Assembly: GCA_900088475.1 (NCBI GenBank)
Contig: FLMG01003678.1
Coordinates: 1 to 33,548 of the forward strand
Origin: Hyphochytrium catenoides
Lineage: Eukaryota > Protista > Hyphochytriomycota
Length of the DNA: 33,548 nucleotides
Direction of reading: 5' to 3'
Below, one piece after another: positions 22,393-33,548 of this stretch (position 1 is its first letter; every line of letters begins with the position of its first letter). The notes beneath the pieces are model-generated. The model was given only the letters and a program-made list of their open reading frames with translations. It was not told where the DNA came from and did not search any database. Position numbers and translations under genes: made by a program.

Positions 22393-24266
22393 AGAGACAC
22401 ACAAAAGACAGACAGGTCTAGAAAGGAGAGGGGGAGAGGGCCTGCTTCTTATATATTCGTCCATCTTATTATTTACCCTTATTGTTGCCTCTTGTTTATG
22501 GAGTAAGGTGTGCACCTCATCATCATCATCACTAGACTCAAGCTGCTCTGCCCTCCTGTATCTTGCTCCTTGGTGGCTCTTTCTATTCCTGTTCTCTGGC
22601 TCTGCTCCTCTTATCTCTTCTGGATGCTCGTTCTGTTGTCCCTCCGCCCCTGGACCTTTTAAGATGGCTTCGTGGCCTTTAGCTTAAGTCTCCAGCCGTG
22701 ATCACTCAGCTACCCACCAAAGCTTCATTAATCTCTCGCTCTACATTGCTGTTTATCTCTACTATTGCAATTCTGGTCGGCCTTCGGAAACACCATCCTG
22801 CGGGCTGCCCTGCATTCTTCATATGAGGTATCTGAAGTACCTCGTGTGCTGCCGCATTTGGGGAATGCGGTCAAACCGCAGAAGGTCCAGATATCTGTGT
22901 GAGTGAGAAGAGGTCCACTTTGGGCGTATTTTATAAGCACGGTACCACGTTCCGCAAGCATATCAACATAACGGTGAACTTATATGCTTGGATGATAAGT
23001 TCGACACTTTGTCAACAGCTACAGCCACAAGGCTTCTCTTCTCATGACTCCCCTCGATCTCTTATTGCCAAAAAGAAAGTATTTAGAGAGGAAGAGGAAT
23101 ACAAGGCAGTAAGATGTGCACCAAGGATGGGTATCCTCTCGTTGACTTTTCACAGTGAGCTTGGTCGGCCATGCCTTCGAAGATTGCCATCCAGATCAAG
23201 AGCTAACGAAGGTTCAAACTCTTGCTTGCTATAGTTTATAATCTGGACGAAGAGACTGTACCAAGGACCATTGCGCCAGATGACTGATGCTACAAACTGA
23301 ACAAGCCAAGAAATCCGTGAGAGGCAACGCAAGCGAACTCTAAGGTAGGCGCTCTGCCTAGAGTGCAACCAACGTCACAGGAATTCAGAAAGCTACCCTG
23401 TCGCCATCCACCAACGGCGATGATGGAGACAGTAAGCCCATCACTGGGAGAGGAAGACTTTGCCTCGTCTAGCTGACGTCCACATGCTGCTCCTATCACA
23501 TCAGCAAAGAACGATACCGCTGCGTACTTATTAGAGCTAAACTCTCAAACATTGTCAGCAGGCTGCCGCAGTGCTGGCGTCGGTCCCTGGTTGGGCCATG
23601 GCCCGGCAGGATCCTAGGGAAAGCCCTCCGCTAACTGATCGAGCGCCCTTCCCCGCTCGACCGCCGTCCGGCAACAAGTCTTCTGATAATACAGTAGTCG
23701 TAGGAATCTATGGCAATGCGCCCCAAACAGTATTTATTTTAATAAGCCAGTACTATACTACCGTTACGGCCTCCAACCCTGTACACCCACCCACTAGAGC
23801 CGTCAATTATTCCAGAATCTCCTGCATTTAGTGCAGCTAATTGTGAATATGAAAGACCTAAGAATCAAAAGATCAAGAACCCCATACGTTACATTACCAT
23901 AGACTTGACGCTCACCGTACACAGTTGGCATCAGAGGAAGTTTGGAAGGATGGGTGGGGAATAGTTCCAAAGGGCGAATTTCTAAACACCTGATTGCCTA
24001 TTTTCTAAAGTCCTGGCCTCATATTAACTCAACGTGTCCCTGTAACGATGCTGCGAAAGGGTGATTGCTTCTTACCGAGTATCTATAATCCTCACCCAGT
24101 TTTCGCTCAAATAAACCTACCCCTGTCCGGAAATAATGATCGTTATTTACGGAGAGCCGAAAATCTATGGTACAGGTACTACTGTTCTACCAGTCGTACA
24201 AAGAACGAATACGGGGACTTATCCGAAGGCGACAGGAGGCACGCAACCCCGCAAATGTCCCCTTCG

Positions 24267-24400
24267 GAGAGAGAGAGAGAGAAAGAGAGAGAGACCTGTG
24301 TGTCACCACATTTTTCTTTCTCCCTCTCTTTCTCTGTCTCTTTGTCTCTGTCTCTGTCTCTGTCTCTCTGTCTCTCTTATCTCTTATCTCTTTCTCTTTC
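24267..24400. repeat. GA microsatellite followed by a TC/(TCTCTG)n microsatellite
   Basis: (GA)n at 24267-24295, then TC-rich and TCTCTG repeats at ~24315-24400. Confidence 0.9.
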
Positions 24401-24997
24401 TTGACAGTCTTGACTCTTGACCGTCTGATAATTGGGTGGGGTGCAGTGGCGGAAGGAGGGAGACGGAGGATGACGTTGACAAAAGCCACAGTTTTATTAT
24501 CACAGGGAAGAGGTCTCCCCAAGAAAAGAGAGGCCAAAACTTGAGAGAGAGAGAAAGGGGAGAGAGAGACAAGAGCTGATAACTTCTATAAGGAGGGGAG
24601 GTAGGACAGAGTATGCCCTTTCTTCGCACATCAACGAGAAACAGATATATATCTCGTCCTGCTGGCCATCTCTCCTCCATTGTAATCTTCTTTACACGCG
24701 TCCTTCTTTCTTCGTCTTTCTCTCACCCTCATGCTCTCTCTCCTTCCCAATCTCTTCCCTCTCCTCTCCTTTCTCTCTGTCTCTTGTCGCACATCAACTC
24801 CCTACTTGCGACTCTCTCTCTTTCTTGTTTCTTCTCCATTAAACGTCCTGCTGCCATGTTCTTCCAGCTCAAGAGATCAACCACTCCTTTTTCTGTCTCA
24901 GAAAGCCATTTTCCCTATCTCCCATCCCAAGTCCGCCTATAGACTCCAACGGCGATAGAGTTAGCTCGGGCACGCATCAACCAGGAAAGACAGCGAC

Positions 24998-26038
24998 ATG
25001 GGAGAAGAGGGCAGCACACCTGCGGCGGCCGAAGAATGGGGTTATAGCTTTCTGGCCGATTTCCTCATCACTCTTGCGGCTGGAATCGGCATTCTGCTTG
25101 TTCCACTGCTTAGCAAGACGCCCAAATTGGGCCATTATGCCATCGTTTTCCTGGTCGCGCTGGCCATTGGTGTCTTGCTTGGAGACACCTTCTTCCATCT
25201 CATTCCTGCTGCTCTTGGGGTACACGGAGGACATGGTGAGGAAGAAGTGCATGCAGGAGAGAGGAGAACAAGATGGAGGAGACTTGCAGAAGAAGGCGAA
25301 GCAAAGGAGGAGCACTCGGAGAGCAACAAGCCCATCTGGCTCGGTCTGGCCACAATCGGCGCCATCTATGCATTCTTCCTCATTGAAAAGGCTTTGCACT
25401 CCTGGAGACACCGGAGAGAGGAACAGCACGAGGCTCTATCCAGCCCAAGAGAAGCACGCTTTGTGGAGCTTGGACAGGGACATGCCAATCCTCGTGCTAC
25501 CATTAGGACTATGAAGCCCATTGGATGGCTCATCCTCCTTGGCGACGCTGTGCATAACTTTGTAGATGGAATACTTATAGGCGCTGCCTTCTCTGTCTCG
25601 GTAAGAACAGGTGTAAGTACCTCTCTGGCCGTCTTGCTTCATGAGTTACCGGCCGAATTATCGGACTACGCCGTCCTTCTAAGCGCTGGGTTGGACAGAT
25701 GGACTGCTTTGGGGCTGAATATGGCTTCGAACGCGACCTCATTCGTTGGTAGCATCATAGGCATTCTTTTGGTGGACAACACCGATGATGCTGTGCCTTG
25801 GGTGCTCTCTATCACCGCAGGCATCTTCCTCTATATCGCTTTGACGGACCTCCTGCCGGAGCTGCATCGCCCGATGCATGAAGAGTCTCTGCTTGACGCT
25901 TGGAAGCCAAAGGAGGAAACAGTAGTTCAAGAGGAGAAGAAGGCTCACAAGGTCCGATGGATTCTTAGCCAGGCAGGCCTACTAATAGGCATCCTCGTCA
26001 TGTTACTACTGGAGCTCTTCTGGAAGGAGGAGCACTAG
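24998..26038 (+). CDS. ZIP (SLC39, LIV-1-like) zinc/metal transporter, single coding exon, 346 aa
   Basis: Uninterrupted ORF with ~8 hydrophobic segments. Motifs: WGYSFLA, ALAIGVLLGDTFFHLIP, a His/Glu-rich loop, GDAVHNFVDG (TM4), HELPAELSDYAVL (TM5) and AGIFLYIALTDLLPEL. Confidence 0.95.
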   Translation: MGEEGSTPAAAEEWGYSFLADFLITLAAGIGILLVPLLSKTPKLGHYAIVFLVALAIGVLLGDTFFHLIPAALGVHGGHGEEEVHAGERRTRWRRLAEEGEAKEEHSESNKPIWLGLATIGAIYAFFLIEKALHSWRHRREEQHEALSSPREARFVELGQGHANPRATIRTMKPIGWLILLGDAVHNFVDGILIGAAFSVSVRTGVSTSLAVLLHELPAELSDYAVLLSAGLDRWTALGLNMASNATSFVGSIIGILLVDNTDDAVPWVLSITAGIFLYIALTDLLPELHRPMHEESLLDAWKPKEETVVQEEKKAHKVRWILSQAGLLIGILVMLLLELFWKEEH

Positions 26039-26345
26039 AGAGCAAGAGGACAAGAGACAGAGAGTGAAAGAGAGAGAGTGTTGAAGAAGTCGGACCTTAC
26101 TTTTATGATCTTATAGCTATTGATGATCTCCAATGATAAAACTTATCCATTGACTCGTCCCTGCGCACGAGTTGCTATTTTTCAGGACGTAGGCATTCAC
26201 GCCATATAGAAGGGAGAACAGTTGCAGATAACTCTAGTCTCATATCCATCAGGCCTTTGACTTCTCTCCCCCTTCCTATACACTCTTTCTAGTGACCCAG
26301 TACAGTCCACCAGGAAAAGAAGAGATTTGATGTTGCTGGGATTGC

Positions 26346-29300
26346 TCACTGAGCTCTCTCTCCTTCCCTCCTATCTTGCTCTAACCGCTGTAAGCACGCA
26401 TGGACTTTCTGCTTTAGCACGGGTAGAGAGAGACAAGAAGCCTTGCTCTTCGCGAGATCTAGAAAAGACCTCTTTTTCGCATTCTATAAGGAAACAACGA
26501 GTCACATGGCTGGTAGAAGCCGCACCGACAACCGACGGAGATAGGGGGTAATGCAGAAGGATAGAGACATAGAGGAACAGGAAAGCCAAAGAGGAAAGGT
26601 GAACTGGAGATGAAGAGGCGAGAGACATATTATAGAACCAGAGAGGAGAGAGATTAGAATTCAGAAGTTAAGGACATGAACTGTCGGGAGAAAGAAAATT
26701 TTTCTGTCGTATGGCGGAACGTTGTGCAAGATGGCTTTCCTGAAGTGAAAGGATCCCCAATGTTACTCCTGGTCGAGCAGCCTCCGCGCTCTGAAGGAGC
26801 TCCGGAACAATTCTTAGGTGTCCAGATCTGCAGGCCCAGTGGAGCGCAGTATCACCCTGAACAGCCAAGAGAGTTATTATTAGGAGGGAATAGGAACCGT
26901 GAGGAGAGGCAGTGGGCAATAGAAGAATGTGTGCGGGTCTGTTGGTGGTTGAGGGGGAGCGAGACAGCGAGAGACGGAGAGAGGAGAGACGGAAGACGAG
27001 GCGTGGAGGGAAGAGGAAATGGAGAAGAAAGAGATAGAGATAGGAATACCAGGTAAGAAGTCCACAAGGAGAGAGGGAGCACAGCACAGAAACAAAGGAT
27101 ACGCTGAATAACATGATGAAGGCATTGGAAGTGGATGCTGTTAGGAGGCAATCATGGATCAGTGAGCCAGCCGCCACAAGGGGTAAAGAACCAACTCTTG
27201 AGCTTGCAAGCTAACTGGAGGACGATTCCAGCCAAGACAGAGATTGAAAGAAAGGACTATAGGGCTAAAGAGACGGAGCAAGCAAGAACTTGAATCATAC
27301 CGCTACATCCTGCTTACATAGATCCGCTCCCGCAACACGGAGGAGGTAGGAGCAGATGTCCTGATAACCTTTCCTCGCTGCTTCCATCAGTGCCGTCAGC
27401 CCGCTCGAGGGCTAGGGTCGAAGGATACAGAGTTCAATCATATTAGAAGAAGAGAGGACCTAGCAAGATTCCAGCGACTAAAGAGACCGGGAAACGACCA
27501 AGAGACTTACCGAAAGCGGGCAAAGCAGAGAAAGACAAAGAGAGGAGAAGACAGTTAAGCCAATACTACATACACCGAAAGAAGAAGAGTAGGGCGACGA
27601 AGAGCAGAATGAGGAAGAAGCGGGCACTACCGTGTCCACAATATCAACATTGCACTTAAGCTCTTCAACGGCGTAAGACACAACCTCCATCTGTCCGTAC
27701 CTGAGGATGGGAAAAGAAGAGTAAAAGAGAGAAGTCCAAGGTGAGAGGCAGAAGAAGGACGACAAGGGAAGAATAGACACTGAAAAGACAGGCCAGGAGG
27801 GAGACGGCAAGACAGTTGATGCTATTCTCCTATTTTTGCCTCCCCTTACCACGCCGCAGTATGGAGGATACTCCGTCCGCCCTCTTGAGGATCCTCATAG
27901 TTTCGGACAGTGGCAAGCCTGACGTAGGAGAGCAAGAGTCAGACCGTCAGAAACTGAGAAAGAAGAAAAACCAGGAGAAGACTGGCCAAAACAAGCTAAC
28001 AAATAAACATCGGAGCGGTAGCAAAGTTGACGCTGATGGAATGGAGGAGAAGCGCACAGATCATGAAGCAGAGACAGGCTTAAAAGCACAGACGCACAGT
28101 CAGGACTATTCTTGAAGGCTAACAAACAAGAGAAGTCCCACTGAATGCTTCAGACAGATAACACTAAGAAGGAGATGAGCCAAGATAAAGACAAGAATTA
28201 ACTCACCATTCCTTTCCTTGCACCAGCTCAAAGGCCCTCAACACCTGCATGTCCCCTGAAGCCGCAGCCTGACAAGATGGCAATGTAGGTTGAGATCATA
28301 AATAGAGGACAAAGAAGGGAGAAGTAAGGAGACAAGAATAGATTGGGACCCCCAATACACCATGATAGCAAGAGACGGAAGCAGGAATGAGAAAGAGGGA
28401 AGAGCACACCTCACCTTCCAAAGATCAGAGCTTTGACAGCTCTGAAGCCTCTTCTGAGCTTCCCTTCTAGCTGGATCTACCTTACAAACTACAGCAGCTG
28501 ACAGAGATGCCTCACTGATCGAAGAGAAAGCTAGAGAAAGAGGCGACGGACAAGAACAACAGGACAAAGAGTGAAAGAAGGGAAAGTCAGAGCTCTGTCT
28601 AGGAGAGAGAGCACTTGGCTGGTGTTAAGGGAAATATTAAAGTAAGGATAGGGAGAAGATGGGACTCTACGCGAAGAAAGACAGCAATGGACCCCGAGAG
28701 AAAGTGTGAGAAGATGGAGAAAGAGAAGATCGAAACACCATAGAGTCTACTGTCAGATGAGCAAAGAATAGCCAGTATGACGGAGCAGATCTAAAGGGTG
28801 GATCTCAGCAGCACCTGACTGCGTAGACTTCTTCTTTGGGCTGTAGCTTCCCATCGAAGACCTCGAACCCTCTCTTCTACTCGACCGCTTTCCCTCGCTC
28901 TTCTTACTGCTAAAGCTGCGTGGGAGTACACGGTGTTAGCTACTCATAAGGAAGAAGCTAGCGAGGAGGCAGCAAAGAGATGACGGAAGATAAACACATT
29001 CGACAATTATTCTTGAAAGAAAGGCTGAGAAAATAGGTGGAGAGGCTGGAGAATGTCACCAGCAAACAGACGCTAAGGCTACTACCTCCCAGTCTTGACG
29101 CTTGACAGTCTTTCACTACTGCCTGGTCCTTGTTGTTTTAGACCCTGAAGAAGGAGGGACAGAGAGAGGAAGAAGGTCCGAGAGAGAGAGCAGACGGACA
29201 GAGAGAGCTAAGTAAAGAAAGGAGAAGTGATAAGGAAAGACCGAGACGACGTATTGAGCAGTAGAAGTAAGTAGTTGCCCTCAAATAAGGGATGACGTTT

Positions 29301-32300
29301 TCAAAGGCTCAAGGTAGGTGATTATATCATGCGCAGGACTGCGAACGCAAGCAAGTGCCTTACCGCACTTAGAAAAAGGCTCTTAGGGTCCACTCCTGCC
29401 ACAACTGAGTCGACAGGAGGAAGAGATATCTCCTGCAGGCTCCCTTTCTAAAGAGAGACAAGACGAGAAGAACAGGGAGTGAGAGAAAGAGAGGTCAGAC
29501 GAGAAGAGAAAGAGGGGATTTTTTGAGAGCAAAGAACTTCGAAGAGGGGCGAACGCGGGGGTAGCGTCGAGAGAGACGAAGTGCCCCGATAAGAGACCAG
29601 CAAATGACGAAAGCAAGAGAGAGAGCAACATTTTTGGCATTATTATCTAGATCCCAGCCATTCCACAGAGGGCAAGGAAGAAAGCGAGGGAAACAAGTAG
29701 GAGGGAAGAAGAATAAAAGCTCTCGAGCAGCTCACCACTGCGAAGAGCTTGGATGGTGATCGCGCGAGGGCCGTGGAGGCCCTGAGCTTAGTTGTTCCTG
29801 CGGCTGCTCCCATCACCATTGACTGCCGAGCCTGAGCATCTCTCCCATACGAGGATTCCTATCACAAGTGTGAGTACGGAGGGGGAAGCGCACGCGAAAG
29901 ACAGGGAGAGAAAGAGAGAAAGTGACAGTTGGAGCGTAACAAGGAGACGAGAGAAGCAAGAAAGAGAGTCCCGAAAGTAGCAGAAGGAGAACAAAGAAAG
30001 AGACCAGGTCAGAGCACTGGACACTCTCGCAGTACAGAAGGAGACGGGACAGAAGGAATCAGTCAAGGAGAACAAGACTGCGAGAGCGATTCAAACCAAG
30101 CGAGCCCAAGGACAGGAGGAGGAGATCGCATGGGGAAGACCAGGAGAAGAGGGAAAGACTAAAAGGTTCTTCTTCCCAGCTGCGTACCAAGCTAGCAGTT
30201 GAGCTTCTTCCTCCTCCCGCTCTTCCTCCTCCTGCTCCACCTCCCTTAATTCCTCCTATGGACCTGTTGGACCCAGCAGGAGAGAGAATAGAAGGAGGGG
30301 AAGCACTGCTTCCACTCTCAGAAGCTAACATTGTGGGGCCGCCTCCTCTCTCTCCAGCTCTGCTCTCTTCATCTCTTCCAAAGACTTGTCTGGCCCACTC
30401 GTCGACCTCTGCTTCTCTCAAGCTCTGAGAGTTTCCGGATATAGATTCAGAGGTAAATTTTGCATCCAGAGGGCGTCTGATAGCTCTCTGAGTGATGATA
30501 ATGGAAATAGGCAGAAGGTCAATAAGAGTCAAGAGATGCGCGGAGGTAGTTGATATTAGCGGAACCGAAGAGCAAGGTGGAAGAGCGCCAGAGAGAGAAA
30601 GAGAGAGAGCGGGAGAGAGGGGAGAGAGAGAGAGCGAGAGACAGAGAGAAAGAGAGAGAGAGAGAGAGAGCAAAAACGAGTGAGAGCGAGCGAGGCAGAA
30701 GAGAGAGAGAGACAGGGAGAGCGGAGGGAGAGAGCGACGGGCATGGGGGGAGGGGAGGCGAATCAGTACTAGGCTCAACCTCTGCCTGCGTCATTTGCCT
30801 GAGTCTCTCGTTGAGCTGATCCTGAAGCTTCAAAGCGTCCATCGTGGCTCGCCTCAGCTGCTCCTCGACCTCATGACTGATGTTGGCTACCACCGGGACA
30901 GATGTGCGACGATCTTCCGCTTCTTCCTCAACTCTGCAGGAGAGGAAATAGAAATGCATAAACATTAGGCATCGAATCGTCGGCAGCACGAGCGTGGTAG
31001 AGGAGGAAAGAGAAAGAGAGGGAGAGGTGGAGGCAGGGAGATTTAAAGTCTATAGAGAAAGACCGTGCAAGCAGACGACTTGAGCCAGGAGAACGAAGAG
31101 ACTCAAGCCTATCGTATGATGGAACGCAGTCACCTAGGCACCCGCACCCCGTCTCTCTCTCGTCCTTCGTTCTCTCGTTGTCTCTCTCTCAGTCTCATTT
31201 CCTTTCTGTCTCTCTTTTCTTTGCCTTAATTACACAGGGTGACATATTTCTACTAAGGTTGTTGGCCGGCCTGTTTCGCCTGTGTCTCTGACCTATCTTC
31301 CTTCATGTGCCGATGTGCTTTTTCCTCTGTCTTGCGCAGCTTCTGCCTAGCCTCAATGGCAAGCCGAAGCTCTTCAATCTTGCCTTTCATCGCCACAATC
31401 TTCTCCTTAGATGAGAACAGCTCTTCCTCGGTCTTTGAGGCTTCCACTTGCGCCTTACACTGCAGATATGGTACATATGAGAACGCGCCAGAGAATGGGA
31501 GTAACCAGAGAAGAGTGATGAGGATCTAGACCGAGACGGCTAGCCAGCTGCGGTAGAAGAAAGAGCGCCAGACATAACAGCAAGTGCGTCAAGATGGAGA
31601 AATGATCACAGCCTTGAGGACGGTAGCGTCACAGAGACAGGAGATATGAAGAGAGAGAGACTATAGCAAGTCTTATTGAGCACGGACCAGCAAGATGTAA
31701 GTCTACCTCTTTCAGTATATTCTGGCAGATCTCTATGCTCTCTCGTAAGCTTTCTTCCGCCGCTAACGAAGTTGCACTCTGCTGCCGCTGCAGCACAGCT
31801 CCTCCTGCCGCCTGTGTCACCGCTCCACCTCCGCCTCCTCGGCTAGAAGGAGTGGAAGGAGCTCCAAAGGTGACCTTTAGAAAGTCTCTTAGCGTGTGTT
31901 CGGCCACCTCACAGTCGCTCAGTAGCGTGCTTCTCATGGCTTGGATGCGCTTTGGAAGGGTGAAAGAGGAGGACAGGGTTCGCGACGATGAGCAAGAATG
32001 ATGACAAAGACAGACGGGAAACGAATGTTCAATAGCAATCAAGGCAAGGTAGGAGAAGAGAGAAGGAGGGGAGGTCCAGTACGTGTGAGGAGAAGAAGAG
32101 TCGTCGGACTCAAGCGGAGAGGTCAGGATCTTAAGTTATGCGACACATTTGGCCTCTGAGATGAAAAAACGGAGCAAATGTTGCCTGGCGCGCCAGGAAA
32201 GAAGGACTCGGCTTTTTCTTGGTGAAAGTAGAACAATGGAAGATTGGAGAAGGAAGACCGTTGAGACAGTATGTAAGGTCACCTGTCGCCGGTTGACATT

Positions 32301-32924
32301 ATCCTTTGCCACCATCTTCTCATAGGTTGAGCAGAACTCTTCTGCCTGAAAGAGAAGGCGCTTCTCCTCCTGAGGAGCGTTCTCCCTAAATTGGGGATCA
32401 AGTCGCAGGATGGCGCTCACAAGCTGCTCCACCTAATAAGCGTGAGGGCGGAGAGAGATTAGAGACAACATTATAGTGGCAAAACAGATGGCATAGCAAG
32501 CTGGCAATGAGCTGTGCAGATAGGTGAGAGAGAGGATGAACGGATGATGAGGATGTCCGAAGTCCAAGAGGAAGCAACAGGTGGAATTAAGCTTAAAGAC
32601 GGCCCGGGACACCCAAGTAAAAGAGTCAATGCTCGAAAGAGAGAGAGAATGGCAGAGCATCACAGATGACAGTATAGAAGGGAGACAGGCAGTTATAAGC
32701 ACTATTGCTCTGTCAGCTGAGAAGAGAAAGGGCCGTCGTCGTACTCCTTCATAAGTCTGGCGATTCCATTCTGCCTTTTTATCGGGAGCCACAGACGGAG
32801 CTTTGGCGGCAAGCTGTTGACGCAGAGCTTCTATAGCTGCCTTAAGAAGATCTTCGGGCGTCTCGTTGTCGTCAACTCTTCCTCCTCCTCCTCTGCTGCC
32901 TCTCACTCCTCCTCTTCCAAGCAT
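26346..32924 (-). CDS. Coiled-coil/low-complexity protein with C-terminal ankyrin repeats, ~17 exons
   Basis: A phase-consistent exon chain runs from ATG 32924 (MLGRGG..) through coiled-coil exons (32432-32283, 31949-31707, 31459-31293 and others). The ankyrin exons give LWKAAASGDM, GGRSILHTAAWYGQMEVVSY, GLTALMEAARKGYQDICSYLL..GAD, GDTALHWACRSGHLRIVPELL and NAKKRSFLDLAK. Stop TGA at 26348-26346. Some internal boundaries are uncertain. Confidence 0.82.
30589..30735. repeat. Intronic degenerate (GA)n microsatellite
   Basis: About 145 bp of nearly continuous GA/AG repeats inside an intron of the ankyrin gene. Confidence 0.9.
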
Positions 32925-33459
32925 TTATCTTCCGCTGTGTTACACTGCGGCGGTCTGAAGAAAAGTGGTTCGGCGTCTTAAAGGCAACAGGAGGTCGGTA
33001 ACCAGAGCGAGTTGATAAGGAAAAGATACCTTAGCAATCTCTCTAGCGCGTTTCACGCAAGAGAAGATTCCTCACGGTATGTTCAGAGCAGTTGGAGCGA
33101 GGAGCACAAGGAAATGGAAGTCTCAATGTTCTCTGCTGCGAAGGGCGATGTTGTCGACGAACATTGTTGCCCTTTGTCCTCCCTCGGCCCTCCTAGGCCA
33201 GTTAACAAGCAGCATGGATAGAGGGAGATAGCAGAGAAGGATCCAGGCTTGTCAACCAGGTAAGAAGAAGAGACCAAGAAGAGACTTATTGAGAGGTCGT
33301 TGCTTGCCTGTCTAGACAGTTAGGGAATAAGTGCTGACAACAGGGATAAGGAAAAGACGGAAGAAAGAAGAGAGGAGACGAAGAGAGAGAAACACCACGC
33401 CGGAGTCGGGAACAGACGCGATGACAGCAAGCAAAGGGAGGAGTACATGCACTTCTACC

Positions 33460-33548
33460 TAGAGAAAGAGAGAGAGAAGGAAAAGACAGGAAGGGGAGGA
33501 TAAAAGGAAGCCTCCAGGTGAGAGAGAGAGGGAGAGAGAGAGAGAGAG
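33460..33548. repeat. GA-rich tract and (GA)n microsatellite running off the window end
   Basis: Purine-rich sequence ending in GAGAGAGAGAGGGAGAGAGAGAGAGAGAG. Confidence 0.85.

Noticed and set aside
14500-22515. Antisense and alternative-frame ORFs inside RRP5
   Set aside because: They are shadows of the coding strand, especially of the acidic linker.
23691-24185. Possible MITE bounded by ACAGTAGT / ACTACTGT
   Set aside because: Only 8 bp of inverted match and no matching target-site duplication.
24048-24958. Multiple overlapping ORFs rich in SL/ER repeats
   Set aside because: They are translations of GA/TC microsatellites, which lack stop codons.
33012-33300. Possible first exons of a divergent plus-strand gene
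   Set aside because: Donor-like sites are present (GTATGT, GTAAGA) but there is no ATG-initiated, phase-consistent ORF.
1-33548. Alternative genetic code, tRNA/rRNA/snRNA genes, CRISPR array or transposase
   Set aside because: All eight genes translate with the standard code and end in TAA, TAG or TGA. I recognised no signature sequences for these element types by eye; tRNAscan-SE and Infernal were not run.

Overview
This is compact, intron-rich eukaryotic nuclear DNA, probably from a protist. A stramenopile-like origin is my inference only. It uses the standard genetic code and has short GT-AG introns with CTGAC/CTAAC-like branch points. Splicing by hand gives eight protein-coding genes: mitochondrial inner membrane peptidase IMP1 (+), a membrane-anchored CS/p23-domain protein (-), eIF3h (+), an ATG14/VPS38-family PI3K subunit (-), a coiled-coil protein (-), RRP5 (+), an intronless LIV-1-type ZIP metal transporter (+), and a ~17-exon coiled-coil/ankyrin-repeat protein (-). 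GA/TC microsatellites and longer introns dominate the right third. I found no rRNA, tRNA, CRISPR array or transposase, and I cannot support a multi-gene novel system. The best leads are a probable non-canonical GA-AG intron, a ZIP transporter with an altered metal-site motif and a palindrome upstream, and the TM-anchored CS protein.
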